From the IMG/VR virus record IMGVR_UViG_3300009111_000005, positions 23,371-87,370 of that record: a stretch of DNA of 64,000 nt. One strand, written 5' to 3'. The notes under the pieces were generated by a model. That model was not told where the DNA came from. It searched no databases and saw nothing but the letters and a program-made list of their open reading frames with translations. The stretch comes from a virus. Taxonomy: Duplodnaviria; Caudoviricetes. The position numbers and the translations under genes are program-made. The first letter of the stretch is position 1; every line of letters begins with the position of its first letter. Below are positions 34,865 through 44,705 of this stretch, piece after piece.

Positions 34865-35335
34865 ATGCGTTGGGGGTACGTATTGGGGGCGCTTGGACTC
34901 GCTGTCGGTGCAGCCATCTTGAGTGCATTGGCACAAGGCGAGGAAGAGCGCCGAGAAGAACGTAAGGTCCGACGGCAGAAGCGTTGGGAAGAAAAACGAT
35001 CCGCTGTTGTACTTGCGGAGAAGCGTGCGTATGACGCGCAGATGCGTGTGTACGACGAGGGCCAGAAAGAACAGGCTCTCATCGAGAAGTACGCGTCGGC
35101 GAGGTCGTACTGGCAGGCGGCAGTGGGTGATGGGAAGTATTACAACTTCACTCCTGTCGGCACACCGGCGGATGACGTCATTGCCGCAGAAGTACTCGAA
35201 GTCCTCGACAAAGGTTTGCGTGTTGAGGATGAGAACGGTGTGCGACACTTCATCTCCTTCGAGGGCACGAAGATGGCCCTGGAAGAAGTGGAAGAGTCCG
35301 AAGAAGAAGGTCCTCCCGCCCCACCAGTTCCCTGA
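34865..35335 (+). CDS. membrane-anchored coiled-coil protein
   Basis: AAGGAGG RBS; N-terminal TM followed by a charged helix. Confidence 0.75.
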   Translation: MRWGYVLGALGLAVGAAILSALAQGEEERREERKVRRQKRWEEKRSAVVLAEKRAYDAQMRVYDEGQKEQALIEKYASARSYWQAAVGDGKYYNFTPVGTPADDVIAAEVLEVLDKGLRVEDENGVRHFISFEGTKMALEEVEESEEEGPPAPPVP

Positions 35336-35411
35336 CGCTTCGGCGTCGGCTTCGTCAGTCCTTGACGAAGCCTTTCCCTTTAGGGTCAGATAGACCCATT
35401 AACCAGGAGTC

Positions 35412-35828
35412 GTGTTGGACGACATCGATATTCGACCAGTGATGGTCGATCAACTTACGCAGTTCGCGTCCCAGGATCTCGCAGCACGTTTAACGCGCAT
35501 CGAGACCCTTCTTCAGACCTATCTTCTGCGTCGTGCAGACGCAGATGAGAATCTTCGACGTCTCAACGAACTCTGTTCGTTCCTCGAAGCCGAGAAGGCA
35601 AAGGTGGAGCTTGCCCAGCGGCTTCAGACCGGCGATGTTGTACGGGTCGTGTGCCCGGACTGTCGGGGTAGCGGGCTCAAACCGACGGATGTCACGAGTG
35701 GCCGCATACAGACAGGTTCAGCATTCGAATCAGTACGCGCACCGGTACAGCCCGAGAATGATCCACGGCTCCAATGCGGGAAGTGTGAGGGTAAAAAGTG
35801 GATCATCATGGAGCGTTATCGAGGATAA
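35412..35828 (+). CDS. coiled-coil plus CxxCxGxG zinc-finger protein
   Basis: CPDCRGSG and CGKCEG. Confidence 0.7.
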   Translation: MLDDIDIRPVMVDQLTQFASQDLAARLTRIETLLQTYLLRRADADENLRRLNELCSFLEAEKAKVELAQRLQTGDVVRVVCPDCRGSGLKPTDVTSGRIQTGSAFESVRAPVQPENDPRLQCGKCEGKKWIIMERYRG

Positions 35829-35950
35829 CACCCTCATGCTCCCGCATATATTACCCGGTAAAGTGAGGGGCGGTGTGCCCGGGGACGAGCCCCGCCTTAT
35901 TTAGCCAAGACAACCTCTTTTTCTGGTATCAGAAAATAGGAGGTATTTCT

Positions 35951-36274
35951 ATGTTCAAGGTTCTACTACAACAGTTAGGCCTTGAGTACTGTGGACGCAT
36001 CAAAGGTATCCCCACCTTTGTTGCTAAAACACCGAAAGCTCGTCGTGTTCTTTTCGGGGATGGTACGCTCGCATTTGTGCTGAATCACGCTATTTTCTAC
36101 CGATCTACGTATGTCATGAAAAATCGAAAGGTGCGGGCGCACGAGCGAGAGCACATCGAACAACGTCGGATATGTGGTCCGATTCTGTTCGAATTGCTCT
36201 ACCTGATGATGCATTGTTTGAAGGGTTATGACGAGAATCCCTTCGAGAAGGCCGCTTGCGATGCAGAGATTTAG
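35951..36274 (+). CDS. HExxH metallopeptidase-like protein
   Basis: AHEREHIEQ...Y..NPFEKAA. Confidence 0.7.
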   Translation: MFKVLLQQLGLEYCGRIKGIPTFVAKTPKARRVLFGDGTLAFVLNHAIFYRSTYVMKNRKVRAHEREHIEQRRICGPILFELLYLMMHCLKGYDENPFEKAACDAEI

Positions 36275-37488
36275 TCTTGCTTAATCAGACGTTCGATACC
36301 CTTTGCTCCCAGATAGGTGGCTGCGCCACCAGCGAGAGCAAGGGGTATCGTACGTCTGGTAATGTTACGGAACTTTTTTAAGTCCGCAGGTTCTTTCGCG
36401 CCGAGATATTCTACAAACTGTTTGAAGGGACGGAAGGCATTGTAACCTTCTCGTTTTGCAGTTTGCAGAGCAGGTGTACTCAGCGTTTTTCCTTGTTGTG
36501 TAGCTTGTTGTTGTGCACGTCGTATCGCCAGACGCTGGCTGATTGTACGTCCTAGAGCTGGTGCTGCAATAGCGCCTATGGGCACTGCTGCAAGAGCCGG
36601 ATCTTCCGAAATGCCATAGGCAGCAGCACCGAGGCCAAGACCTAGTCCTGCACGTGCACCTAGACCCAGCAGTTTAGTTGTTCGTGGAGAAAAACGTGGT
36701 TTGGATGCGACACGTGCTGCAATTGCTTCGTAGGGTGATCCCTCACGCAGGTAATCAGCCGTGAGCACATGTTTGGCGGGTTTGCCTTTGACAACATCCG
36801 TGCCTGTCACGAGTTTTTGTGATTGTGCGGGAAGTGTAGAGCAAACATTGCCACTACACACGGGTTGACCAAGATTCTCCAGACCTGGAATCTTTGGGAC
36901 GAAGATATCGCGAAGGAGTGCTTCAACACCTCGACGAGGCGCATAGGGAGTTTTAGCACGTTCCAGTAAGGTCTGTTGTAACTCTCGTATTTGTTCGGGT
37001 GACATTCCTTCACGAGGACGAAGGAGTACTACGTCACGATAGCCCTCACGAATGAGACCGCCACGCAATTCTTCCAGTTTGCGTTTGAGTCCTGTCGTGG
37101 TCATCCGTTGGTATTCCGGCTCAGCTAATTCTCCCGCTGTTACGGCTGTTGCAGCATTTCCCCGACGAGCTACAACGGGAAAGGAGTGATAGAACTCTGT
37201 ACCGGTGACAGGTGATTGAAAGAGTTTCCAACCGGACCAACGAGGTTCTGTGGTGGCGATGACATCTCCCGGACGTGCCATTTGAGAGATGTCTCTTAGA
37301 TTTCTGCGGGGGATTGTTTCGTTGGTGAAAGGATCTTGCGTGATCGCTTTTTGTCCGATAAGCCCTGCAAAGGGAGAGACGGCTGCTGCACCTACACCTA
37401 CGTTGCGTAGTGTGTGGTCTTCTTCGGGGGCAAGACCCAGTGTTTTAAGGGTCTGGGATACACCCAGTTTGTAGAAGACACCGGGCAT
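36271..37488 (-). CDS. leader-family protein with a permuted NlpC/P60 (YiiX/YebB-like) domain
   Basis: FYKLGVSQTLKTLGL leader; RPGDVI...FYHS...VCSTL (His before Cys). Confidence 0.6.
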   Translation of the reverse strand: MPGVFYKLGVSQTLKTLGLAPEEDHTLRNVGVGAAAVSPFAGLIGQKAITQDPFTNETIPRRNLRDISQMARPGDVIATTEPRWSGWKLFQSPVTGTEFYHSFPVVARRGNAATAVTAGELAEPEYQRMTTTGLKRKLEELRGGLIREGYRDVVLLRPREGMSPEQIRELQQTLLERAKTPYAPRRGVEALLRDIFVPKIPGLENLGQPVCSGNVCSTLPAQSQKLVTGTDVVKGKPAKHVLTADYLREGSPYEAIAARVASKPRFSPRTTKLLGLGARAGLGLGLGAAAYGISEDPALAAVPIGAIAAPALGRTISQRLAIRRAQQQATQQGKTLSTPALQTAKREGYNAFRPFKQFVEYLGAKEPADLKKFRNITRRTIPLALAGGAATYLGAKGIERLIKQD

Positions 37489-37503
37489 GTCCCTCACGCT
37501 GAA

Positions 37504-38352
37504 TTACGCGACGACAGGCACCGCCAGCCGGGTGATGTGCGGTCCATTGCGGTACTCGAGCGGCACGATACGGCTGGCCGCCGAGATCCCGGTCGGGATG
37601 TCGAAGGTGAGCTGCGTGTTGGTGACTTCGCTCAGCACACACGCGGTGCCATCGAGGACCAGGCTGACGCCGGGGCCAACGCCGCCTGCGAGCTTCACAG
37701 CCGGAACCGCCGCGGTGAAGCTGCCTGCGGTGACCACGGTGGCCTGGACCAGAAGCTTGGCGCTCGGATCGGCGTTGATGACACCGATGATGTTGGCGGC
37801 GGTATCACCACCAGCCAGCGGCGTCACGGTGATGGCGCTGCCCACGACGGCGACGACAGTTGCACCACCTGCGGGAGTCGCGATGGCGAGAGTGATGTCG
37901 TTGCCCGGTGCGCCTGGCAGCGTGGCTGCGAGGCCGATCTTCGCGGTGCCAGCTGCGTTCTGAATCGAACCCGTGGCCGCGACCTGGTTGCCCAGCAGTC
38001 CGGTGCCGGTGGCGACAACGTTTGTGCCACCACCCCCAGTGCTGTAGCTGGCTGCACGAAGCTCGTTCAGCGCGGGCAGTCCTGCGAGACCTTCGGGCAT
38101 CCCGCGACCATCGAGCGTGGCGTCGGTCAGTACGGTCCAACGTACTCCGATGACGACGGTGGTGCCGAGGGAATCCATGACCGGTGTCTCGTAGGCTTTG
38201 AGCTGTGGCTCGATGCGCTCGAGGAGGTCACGTGAGATGTTCTTGGTTGCGGTGACACCAGAAGCCACATCCATCACGAAGTCGGTATACCCTTGCGGGT
38301 CTTTGATGGTGATGCTGGCCTGACCGATGTTCTGCACTTGAAGCTTCAACAT
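37504..38352 (-). CDS. virion structural protein
   Basis: GGAGG RBS; late promoter upstream; Gly/Ala/Thr-rich beta segments. Confidence 0.7.
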   Translation of the reverse strand: MLKLQVQNIGQASITIKDPQGYTDFVMDVASGVTATKNISRDLLERIEPQLKAYETPVMDSLGTTVVIGVRWTVLTDATLDGRGMPEGLAGLPALNELRAASYSTGGGGTNVVATGTGLLGNQVAATGSIQNAAGTAKIGLAATLPGAPGNDITLAIATPAGGATVVAVVGSAITVTPLAGGDTAANIIGVINADPSAKLLVQATVVTAGSFTAAVPAVKLAGGVGPGVSLVLDGTACVLSEVTNTQLTFDIPTGISAASRIVPLEYRNGPHITRLAVPVVA

Positions 38353-38392
38353 TGCATCCTCCACAGAAGTGGGAGTCCTTGATTTCCAGACG

Positions 38393-38401
38393 AATTATAG
38401 G
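38393..38401 (-). promoter_or_regulatory. putative late promoter CCTATAATT
   Basis: Recurrent intergenic motif. Confidence 0.65.
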
Positions 38402-38666
38402 GTAGGTGACTGGTTCTCACAAGGCCGTTGACGAGCCTTGCGCGGGCATTGCAAAATGGGTGTACCTGGGACGACTGGGACCAGGGGCGGTTCAAAGACC
38501 ACGAAGACAGCCTGCGGCGAACCTTCGGGATCAAGGCACGTTGTCACCCAGCCCCGGAGGACACGGGTGAGACGCGTAGCGACTCATGCGTGTTCGACAC
38601 TGGTTCCAATGCGTGGTCTGGGGACGCGGAACCGGGTCAATGCCCACGAGGCAGGCCTTTGGCCAG

Positions 38667-38695
38667 GAAAAGCCCTCCAGTCCGGGGGGCTTTTC
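38667..38695. terminator. bidirectional terminator hairpin
   Basis: GAAAAGCCC/GGGCTTTTC. Confidence 0.75.
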
Positions 38696-38700
38696 ACTAT

Positions 38701-40401
38701 CTAGGCTGTGAAGCTCTTCGTCGACAACGTGGATGGAATCACACCTGCGAGCGCCGAGTTTGCGGCGAGCTGCGTGGTGAGACACGCCATCACCGCAGTG
38801 ACCCAGGCGAACATCGCATTTGCCATGATCGGACTGACCATCCAGAAGACCATGCCGAGAGGGGGTGCGAGAACTCCAAGAAGTGCAGCAGTAGCCGCGA
38901 TGGCTGCGGACAAGCCTCCGATGTTTGTGCCGGTGTATGCCCCAAAAGCAGTGGCATACAGCGTACCTTTGACCAGGGGATTGGCCATGCTCGCCGCCAC
39001 AGGTCCCAGGTTCACAGTGGTGCCGTCGACGTTCGCTACACCTAGACTCGTTTTGAGCGTGGCAATGCCTGCCGTTGTTTCGAGGGTCGCATTACCGAGT
39101 AATGTCGAGTAGAGCAGGTTGCCTTTGGTGGTGACTTTGTTTTCGATGTCACCCATGAAGGTGCTCAATTTGAAACCAGCGAGCGCTGCGGGATTGGCTC
39201 CAGAGAGCGGGTTGCCGATGTCGATCTTCCAACCGGCGTTGAGTGTTGTTTCGCGTGCGAGGTCACCTGGCTTCATGAGGGCGACGTTGCCCCCTACGAC
39301 CTTCTCTTCATGTTTGCCCCCGATGGTCTCCGTGAGGTGACGCTGGATGCTGGTGGTTCGGTCGTTACCAACGTTGAGCGTGTCGCTCATGGCGACAACG
39401 GTTTCACGCGTACCATCCACACGTTCAGTTTGGGTACCGCGTACCGTGAGGTTTTCATCTCCTTTGGTATCTTGAAGACGATTCCCGATGGTGACTTCGC
39501 GACGGTCGGCTCCGCAATTCTCTTCGATCCCTTGTGCAGCGTAGACAGTGAGTTTTCCCTCGTTGTTGACGTGGAATTTGAAGTTCGTGCTTCCATCGGC
39601 TTGGGTCAACTCGAAGCGAAAGATGTCGCCCTCTGCGCCCAGGTCCATGCGTATGGTCCAGTTCTCCTGATCCGCGCCTGCTTCGGTGAGTTGGTCTGCG
39701 CCACCACGGAAGGACCATGTGATGCGTCCACCGTCATTCTTCACTTCGGATACACCCATATCCGTGACGTGACGGAAGTTACGCGAGATCACTTCAATGA
39801 GGTCATTGATCAGGTGGGTACGGATTTGCGCCAAGGATGATGATTTCATCACGTTGACGCCACCGCCGAGAACAGCGAGTAGGTTTCCTTCTTCCCCAAT
39901 TTGTGCCCAATCGTTGGCACCCATGTCGCGAGGGGTGTTCTTGGTGCGATAGTTGGCACCACTTTCACGTTGTTCCGTCGGGTCGTTGCCGCCTGTGTTG
40001 CTTTCTCCGCTGATGCTTAGACGGTTTTCGTTATCTTCGCGTCCACTGGTAAAGGGAAGTACTCCGACGATGATGGTGGGGCCATACTCATCGGAAAGTG
40101 CGACCACGGTTCCGATGGGTAACATTTGTTTGTCACCCGGGTTCTGCGTCATGCGTCCGATGTCTTTACGGATGGCAACACCATCCCCGATGGCAACTTC
40201 TATGTCGTAGGTGTGCGTGTCGGGATTGCGATCGGCGATGACGCCTGTGTAGCCCTGACCACGCGCTTTCATTGCGCCCTGGCCAGAGGCATCTTCACGT
40301 AGCGCTTTCCCTTTTTTTAGGGTTTGCGCGTCATGAGGAATGCTGACGGTGCGTTCGAAGAAAGGACGAAAAGGATTACCGCTGATGGGGGTGTCAGACA
40401 T
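38701..40401 (-). CDS. baseplate hub/spike protein (gp5/VgrG-like)
   Basis: OB-fold-like N-terminus, beta-helix-like IGNRxxxxKGDExxxVxG repeats, position downstream of the tube gene. Confidence 0.6.
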   Translation of the reverse strand: MSDTPISGNPFRPFFERTVSIPHDAQTLKKGKALREDASGQGAMKARGQGYTGVIADRNPDTHTYDIEVAIGDGVAIRKDIGRMTQNPGDKQMLPIGTVVALSDEYGPTIIVGVLPFTSGREDNENRLSISGESNTGGNDPTEQRESGANYRTKNTPRDMGANDWAQIGEEGNLLAVLGGGVNVMKSSSLAQIRTHLINDLIEVISRNFRHVTDMGVSEVKNDGGRITWSFRGGADQLTEAGADQENWTIRMDLGAEGDIFRFELTQADGSTNFKFHVNNEGKLTVYAAQGIEENCGADRREVTIGNRLQDTKGDENLTVRGTQTERVDGTRETVVAMSDTLNVGNDRTTSIQRHLTETIGGKHEEKVVGGNVALMKPGDLARETTLNAGWKIDIGNPLSGANPAALAGFKLSTFMGDIENKVTTKGNLLYSTLLGNATLETTAGIATLKTSLGVANVDGTTVNLGPVAASMANPLVKGTLYATAFGAYTGTNIGGLSAAIAATAALLGVLAPPLGMVFWMVSPIMANAMFAWVTAVMACLTTQLAANSALAGVIPSTLSTKSFTA

Positions 40402-40449
40402 TCCGTTCTCCTGTTAGGAGAATAGATGTCTGCGAGGATCAAAACAAGC

Positions 40450-41217
40450 TTAGGTGCTCTTCTTGGTGGGGAATGCACCGCCTTGCACACCGTCTTGTTT
40501 CTGTGCATCCGCAGTGACTTCATCGACGAAGCCCATGACGGTGTCAAGCGTGGCGAGATCGCTGGTTGTCAGACCGTACTTCACGACGTAGTTCTCGAAG
40601 AACGGCAGAAGCCGATCGAAGACCACGTTGACCTGTTCCATGATCATGTTCTGGCCAGCGTTGAAACCGATGGCGTACGACGTGATCATGCACAGCTCTG
40701 CGTAGAATCCACCGATGTGCTGGTGAATCTTGTCGCGGAAGAGTGACCCGAGCCCGAAGGGGATGAGGTACAGCTCGGAGTCGAGGTTGATGTAGTACTG
40801 GTCTTCCTTCTTGTTCGCCGGTCGGTCGTCGAACTTGGCGACATCCAACCCGCTCGCGCGCACGTTGTGGTAGAGCACGCGGAGAAGGTTTCGACCGTTG
40901 ACGAACAGCCGCCCTAGCGTGCACTGACCTTGTGCCTTGCCCGACACGAAGAACGTGCGCCCCGAGCCGATGGCCATCACCGGTTGGGTGGGCTTCTGCT
41001 GGGTGAACTGCACGCTCTGGAGGTGGCCGAGCGCGAGCATCTTGTCTTCGACGGACTTGGCGCCCTTGTCGTAGTCGGGGGAGCGCGCCGAGCCGGCGAG
41101 CACCAGCGTGTCATCCGGATGCGCTGCGGTGTACGCGGCGTTGTCCATGACGCGTTCGACGTAGTGGTCCTGAAACTTCCAGGTGCCCAGGCCGCGGGTG
41201 ATTCCGATCATCGGCAT
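40450..41217 (-). CDS. tail tube protein
   Basis: LQSVQFTQQKPTQPVMAIGSGRTFFVSGK; near the sheath gene. Confidence 0.7.
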   Translation of the reverse strand: MPMIGITRGLGTWKFQDHYVERVMDNAAYTAAHPDDTLVLAGSARSPDYDKGAKSVEDKMLALGHLQSVQFTQQKPTQPVMAIGSGRTFFVSGKAQGQCTLGRLFVNGRNLLRVLYHNVRASGLDVAKFDDRPANKKEDQYYINLDSELYLIPFGLGSLFRDKIHQHIGGFYAELCMITSYAIGFNAGQNMIMEQVNVVFDRLLPFFENYVVKYGLTTSDLATLDTVMGFVDEVTADAQKQDGVQGGAFPTKKST

Positions 41218-41229
41218 GACGTTGCTCCT

Positions 41230-41949
41230 CTAGTACGGACCTTGTCCTGTGAGCGCTTTGCCTCCAGCATACATCAAGTTGGGGGCGTAGGGCACACCAG
41301 GTGGACGCTGTTGTTGCTGTTGTTGCGTTTCGAACGTGGGCGCTGCCATGGACAAGCCCATTGCACCCGCGAAGGGAACACCCGCCGTAAGCGCTTTGGC
41401 GCCCATGGTACGGAAACCCTGACCCATGCCTCCCTGACGGAACGACTCCCACATGCCGGGCTTAGCGGCACTCTCGATGGCTCCCATGCGTGCAGCACCC
41501 AGGCCGCGCTGCATGCCCATTCGCGTCAGATTTCCGCCTGCACGCCAACCGAGACCACCCAGAGCACCACCAGCGAAGCCACGAGCGAAGGCTTGGCCGC
41601 GTTCTCCAGGTTCAGCGGTGGCTGCGTTGAGCCCGCCTGTGAGCAAGCCGAAGCCAGCCATTTCGCGACCAGCGCCGGCACCCACGCGCCCGAGCCAGTT
41701 GGCAGCACCCGGTGAGGCTTGTCCTACTGCACCCAGGGCCTTTTGACCCATCCACTCGAAGGGCTTGGCTGCCCAACCCACGGCTTTGCCGCCGGTGGCA
41801 CCCCAGAGCTTGGAGCCCAGGGAGCCCAGGGCACCCCAGATGGCAGCTTCTTTGCTCATGCCCAAGTCCTGCATGGCCTGCGACATACCTGCCTCGCGGC
41901 AGGTATGTCTCAGCTCACCCAGATCTTGGTCAATCGCGAAGTGACTCAC
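41230..41949 (-). CDS. leader-family Gly-rich virion protein
   Basis: AGMSQAMQDLGMSKEA motif; Gly-zipper helices. Confidence 0.7.
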   Translation of the reverse strand: MSHFAIDQDLGELRHTCREAGMSQAMQDLGMSKEAAIWGALGSLGSKLWGATGGKAVGWAAKPFEWMGQKALGAVGQASPGAANWLGRVGAGAGREMAGFGLLTGGLNAATAEPGERGQAFARGFAGGALGGLGWRAGGNLTRMGMQRGLGAARMGAIESAAKPGMWESFRQGGMGQGFRTMGAKALTAGVPFAGAMGLSMAAPTFETQQQQQQRPPGVPYAPNLMYAGGKALTGQGPY

Positions 41950-41961
41950 AAGGGTCCTCGG

Positions 41962-44598
41962 TTACACGCTGATCAGATGCAGTCCGATGCGGTTGAGCGG
42001 TTTCGGCATGTCGAGCGTCATGTAGGCCTCGACACGGTCCTCCGCGGCGCTGCTCGGTCCGAGCGACGTGATGGATGCGTCGTTGATGGGCGAACCGATC
42101 TTGGCGTACTTGCGGAGCTTCAGCAGGTCGATGCCGGTGATCATGGCCTGCTTGAGGAAGCTGATGGTCTCGTCGTTGATGTTGTAGACCCCGAGGAAGT
42201 CTTCGAGGATGTCCTGGAAGAACAGTGCGATGAAGTCGAAGTTCTTGACCAGGGAGTACTCGCCGGTCTCCAGCGTGTCGGTATCGGTCGTGAGCTGATG
42301 GACGCACGCCGGCAACGCATTGGGAGATTCCTGCCCGAAGACGAACCAACCACCGTCGGAAATCTCGGTGATCTGGGTGTCGCTGAAGTAGCCCGTCGAG
42401 TGGTAGATACGGTCCACGCCTGCGATGCCCAGGTTGGTGAAGCCCTGATGCGAAGGCAGGCCTGCCGTCATACCGCCCACGGCTGCGCCGAGGTAGTAGC
42501 CGGGCTGTGCATCAGCGAGTTCAGGCGTGTCTGCGATGGCGCGCGGTTTGGACCCATCGGTGAGGCCTGCGACCATGACGGAGTCAGGCCACACGAGGAT
42601 CACACGGCGGCTGTTGAAGCTCTGCGAGATGATGACCAGCTCGTCCACCTGATCGTTCTTGGTGAGCGTGCGCTGGATGCGGAACTTCAGGGTGCTGTCC
42701 CCGTCTTCCAGGTTGGTGGCGATGACGTCTGTGTTGCTGTCGAGGATGACGTCGTTCTCGTTCGGAATGTACGCCACCGTGGAAGAGTACGGAGCATTGG
42801 TGGTGTAGTCGGTTCCCGAGATCGGATTGGGAACCTGGAGAAGGTCCGTGGCCTTCACACCATCTGTGATGAATGTGGAGGTGGCGTTGATGATCTTGCG
42901 GAAGGGACGACGTGTCGTGGCTTGGCGAGCCACCGTGACTGCCGTGACGGGCGCCACGAGAGAACCGGCGACTCCAGTGCCGTCGCTGATGACGCCAGTG
43001 GGTGCGATGGTCCACTCTGCCGGCGGGCCTGCCAACGCCAGTGCGGTGATCAGCCAGTCCTTGATGTCTGCGGGAACCGACGATGCGGTGATACGTACAA
43101 CCTTTCCGACGTGTCCCGCTACGCCCGTCACGCCCACGCTGGCGACCTTGTTGGTCAGCGCGGTTGTCGTGCCCCCCGTGAACGAGGTGCTTGCGACGGG
43201 CGTTCCCGTTCCGCGCATGATGTAGTACTGCACGTTGCCTTGCAGTTTCCCTTGCTCGTTGGGTGCGACTGGAGCGGGGAAGGGCGTCGTGACGCGCAGA
43301 CGTTTTTCGTCGTAGACCTCTGCGACGGTGTAGTTGCCGACGCGCGAGGTGCCTGCGGTGTCGCTGATGATGGTGAGTACGTCACCTGCGCGCACACCTG
43401 CCGTCACGAAGGTTGCGAGGATGTCCACGAAGACATTGATGGCGTCTGCGGAGACAATCGGTGTGCCTGCGACAGCGCCATCGATGCAGTGGTGAGCGCC
43501 TGCCGTGTACGGGCCACTGACCGTTTTGGCCGTCGGCAACGCTTGTGCACCAATGACCACGCGGAACTTCTGCGGGATACCGTTGGTCTCGGCGTAGACG
43601 ACGTCAGCCAGCCCTTCGACCTGTGTCTTGTAGGCCGCGATGATGTTCTTGTCGACGGTGACCGGGACGATGGCGTAGATGTCCTTGCGTCCTTCGATCA
43701 CTTCCATGCACTCGGTGTGGCCGGTGAGTGCGTCGGCTTTGACTCCGAAGAATTGAACTTCGGTGGTTGTGTTCTGAAGCGAGACGAAGCACATGCCCGC
43801 GAGAGGGTTGCGAGCATCGATCTTGCCGATCTTGGTGGTGATGTCCGTCTCCGAGGAGACGGTGTCCACATCGCGCAGGTCTTGGCGCAACGAACGGTAC
43901 TCGATGTAGACCTTGGCGTAGTTGACTGGACGAGGTGTGGTTTCACCCGTCAGGATGGTGGTCACACCGCCTTCGATCTTGATCTCGTTGCCGCTGATGA
44001 CCACGAAGGAGTCATCGACGACCACATCGCTCACTTCACGCTCGAGGCGGAAGAGCAGTGTGGTGTTGGTGGTCGTGAAGTTCGTGGTGGTGCGAAGCAC
44101 AGTGGCGCTGTCCACGGCGAGCACGCGCTTCACGAGGTTGGTGCCGCCACCCGCAGGGTCAGCGATGATGAGGTAGTCACCTGCTTTGACGCCCGTCGCA
44201 AGGAAGTCGATGGGTGTAGCACCGGTGGCTGTGACGAGGTTCTTGTTGGCGTCGACGCTGGCACCCGTGGAGACGTCTCCGGTGTCCGCGTCTTGGGCGA
44301 TCAACACCCGACACTCGTCGAAGTAGACGGTGACACTTTCGCTGTCGAGGAGTGCACCGGTCTTGTTGCTGGGCGGTTCAGCCACCGTGATGGCGTCGGT
44401 GAATGCGACGGGTGGCGTGTAGGGGTTGTTGGCGTTCTTGGTTCCGTAGCCGGAGCTGACCAGGAGATCACCCTTGTCGTCCAGGTAATCCTTGATCCAA
44501 TACGCCGGTCCCACGAGGAGACAGTTCAGGTCGGGAGTCGTGGGCGTCACGGTGACCGACGCGTACTCCTGGTATACGAGAACAACTGGTCTTGCCAT
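41962..44598 (-). CDS. contractile tail sheath protein
   Basis: 878 aa; sheath-like C-terminus (PSHQGFTN..IAG, HQLTTD, EYSLVKNFDF); upstream of the tube gene. Confidence 0.85.
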   Translation of the reverse strand: MARPVVLVYQEYASVTVTPTTPDLNCLLVGPAYWIKDYLDDKGDLLVSSGYGTKNANNPYTPPVAFTDAITVAEPPSNKTGALLDSESVTVYFDECRVLIAQDADTGDVSTGASVDANKNLVTATGATPIDFLATGVKAGDYLIIADPAGGGTNLVKRVLAVDSATVLRTTTNFTTTNTTLLFRLEREVSDVVVDDSFVVISGNEIKIEGGVTTILTGETTPRPVNYAKVYIEYRSLRQDLRDVDTVSSETDITTKIGKIDARNPLAGMCFVSLQNTTTEVQFFGVKADALTGHTECMEVIEGRKDIYAIVPVTVDKNIIAAYKTQVEGLADVVYAETNGIPQKFRVVIGAQALPTAKTVSGPYTAGAHHCIDGAVAGTPIVSADAINVFVDILATFVTAGVRAGDVLTIISDTAGTSRVGNYTVAEVYDEKRLRVTTPFPAPVAPNEQGKLQGNVQYYIMRGTGTPVASTSFTGGTTTALTNKVASVGVTGVAGHVGKVVRITASSVPADIKDWLITALALAGPPAEWTIAPTGVISDGTGVAGSLVAPVTAVTVARQATTRRPFRKIINATSTFITDGVKATDLLQVPNPISGTDYTTNAPYSSTVAYIPNENDVILDSNTDVIATNLEDGDSTLKFRIQRTLTKNDQVDELVIISQSFNSRRVILVWPDSVMVAGLTDGSKPRAIADTPELADAQPGYYLGAAVGGMTAGLPSHQGFTNLGIAGVDRIYHSTGYFSDTQITEISDGGWFVFGQESPNALPACVHQLTTDTDTLETGEYSLVKNFDFIALFFQDILEDFLGVYNINDETISFLKQAMITGIDLLKLRKYAKIGSPINDASITSLGPSSAAEDRVEAYMTLDMPKPLNRIGLHLISV

Positions 44599-44661
44599 TT
44601 CGGTCTCCTGAAAGCCGTCGGCTTGAGATCTGTGACAGGGTTCCTGCGCTCTGTCCGACCG

Positions 44662-44670
44662 AATTATAGG
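44662..44670 (-). promoter_or_regulatory. putative late promoter CCTATAATT
   Basis: Intergenic, upstream of the sheath gene. Confidence 0.65.
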
Positions 44671-44705
44671 GGACAGGTTTTGATTTCACAAGTTGACTTA
44701 ATGGT

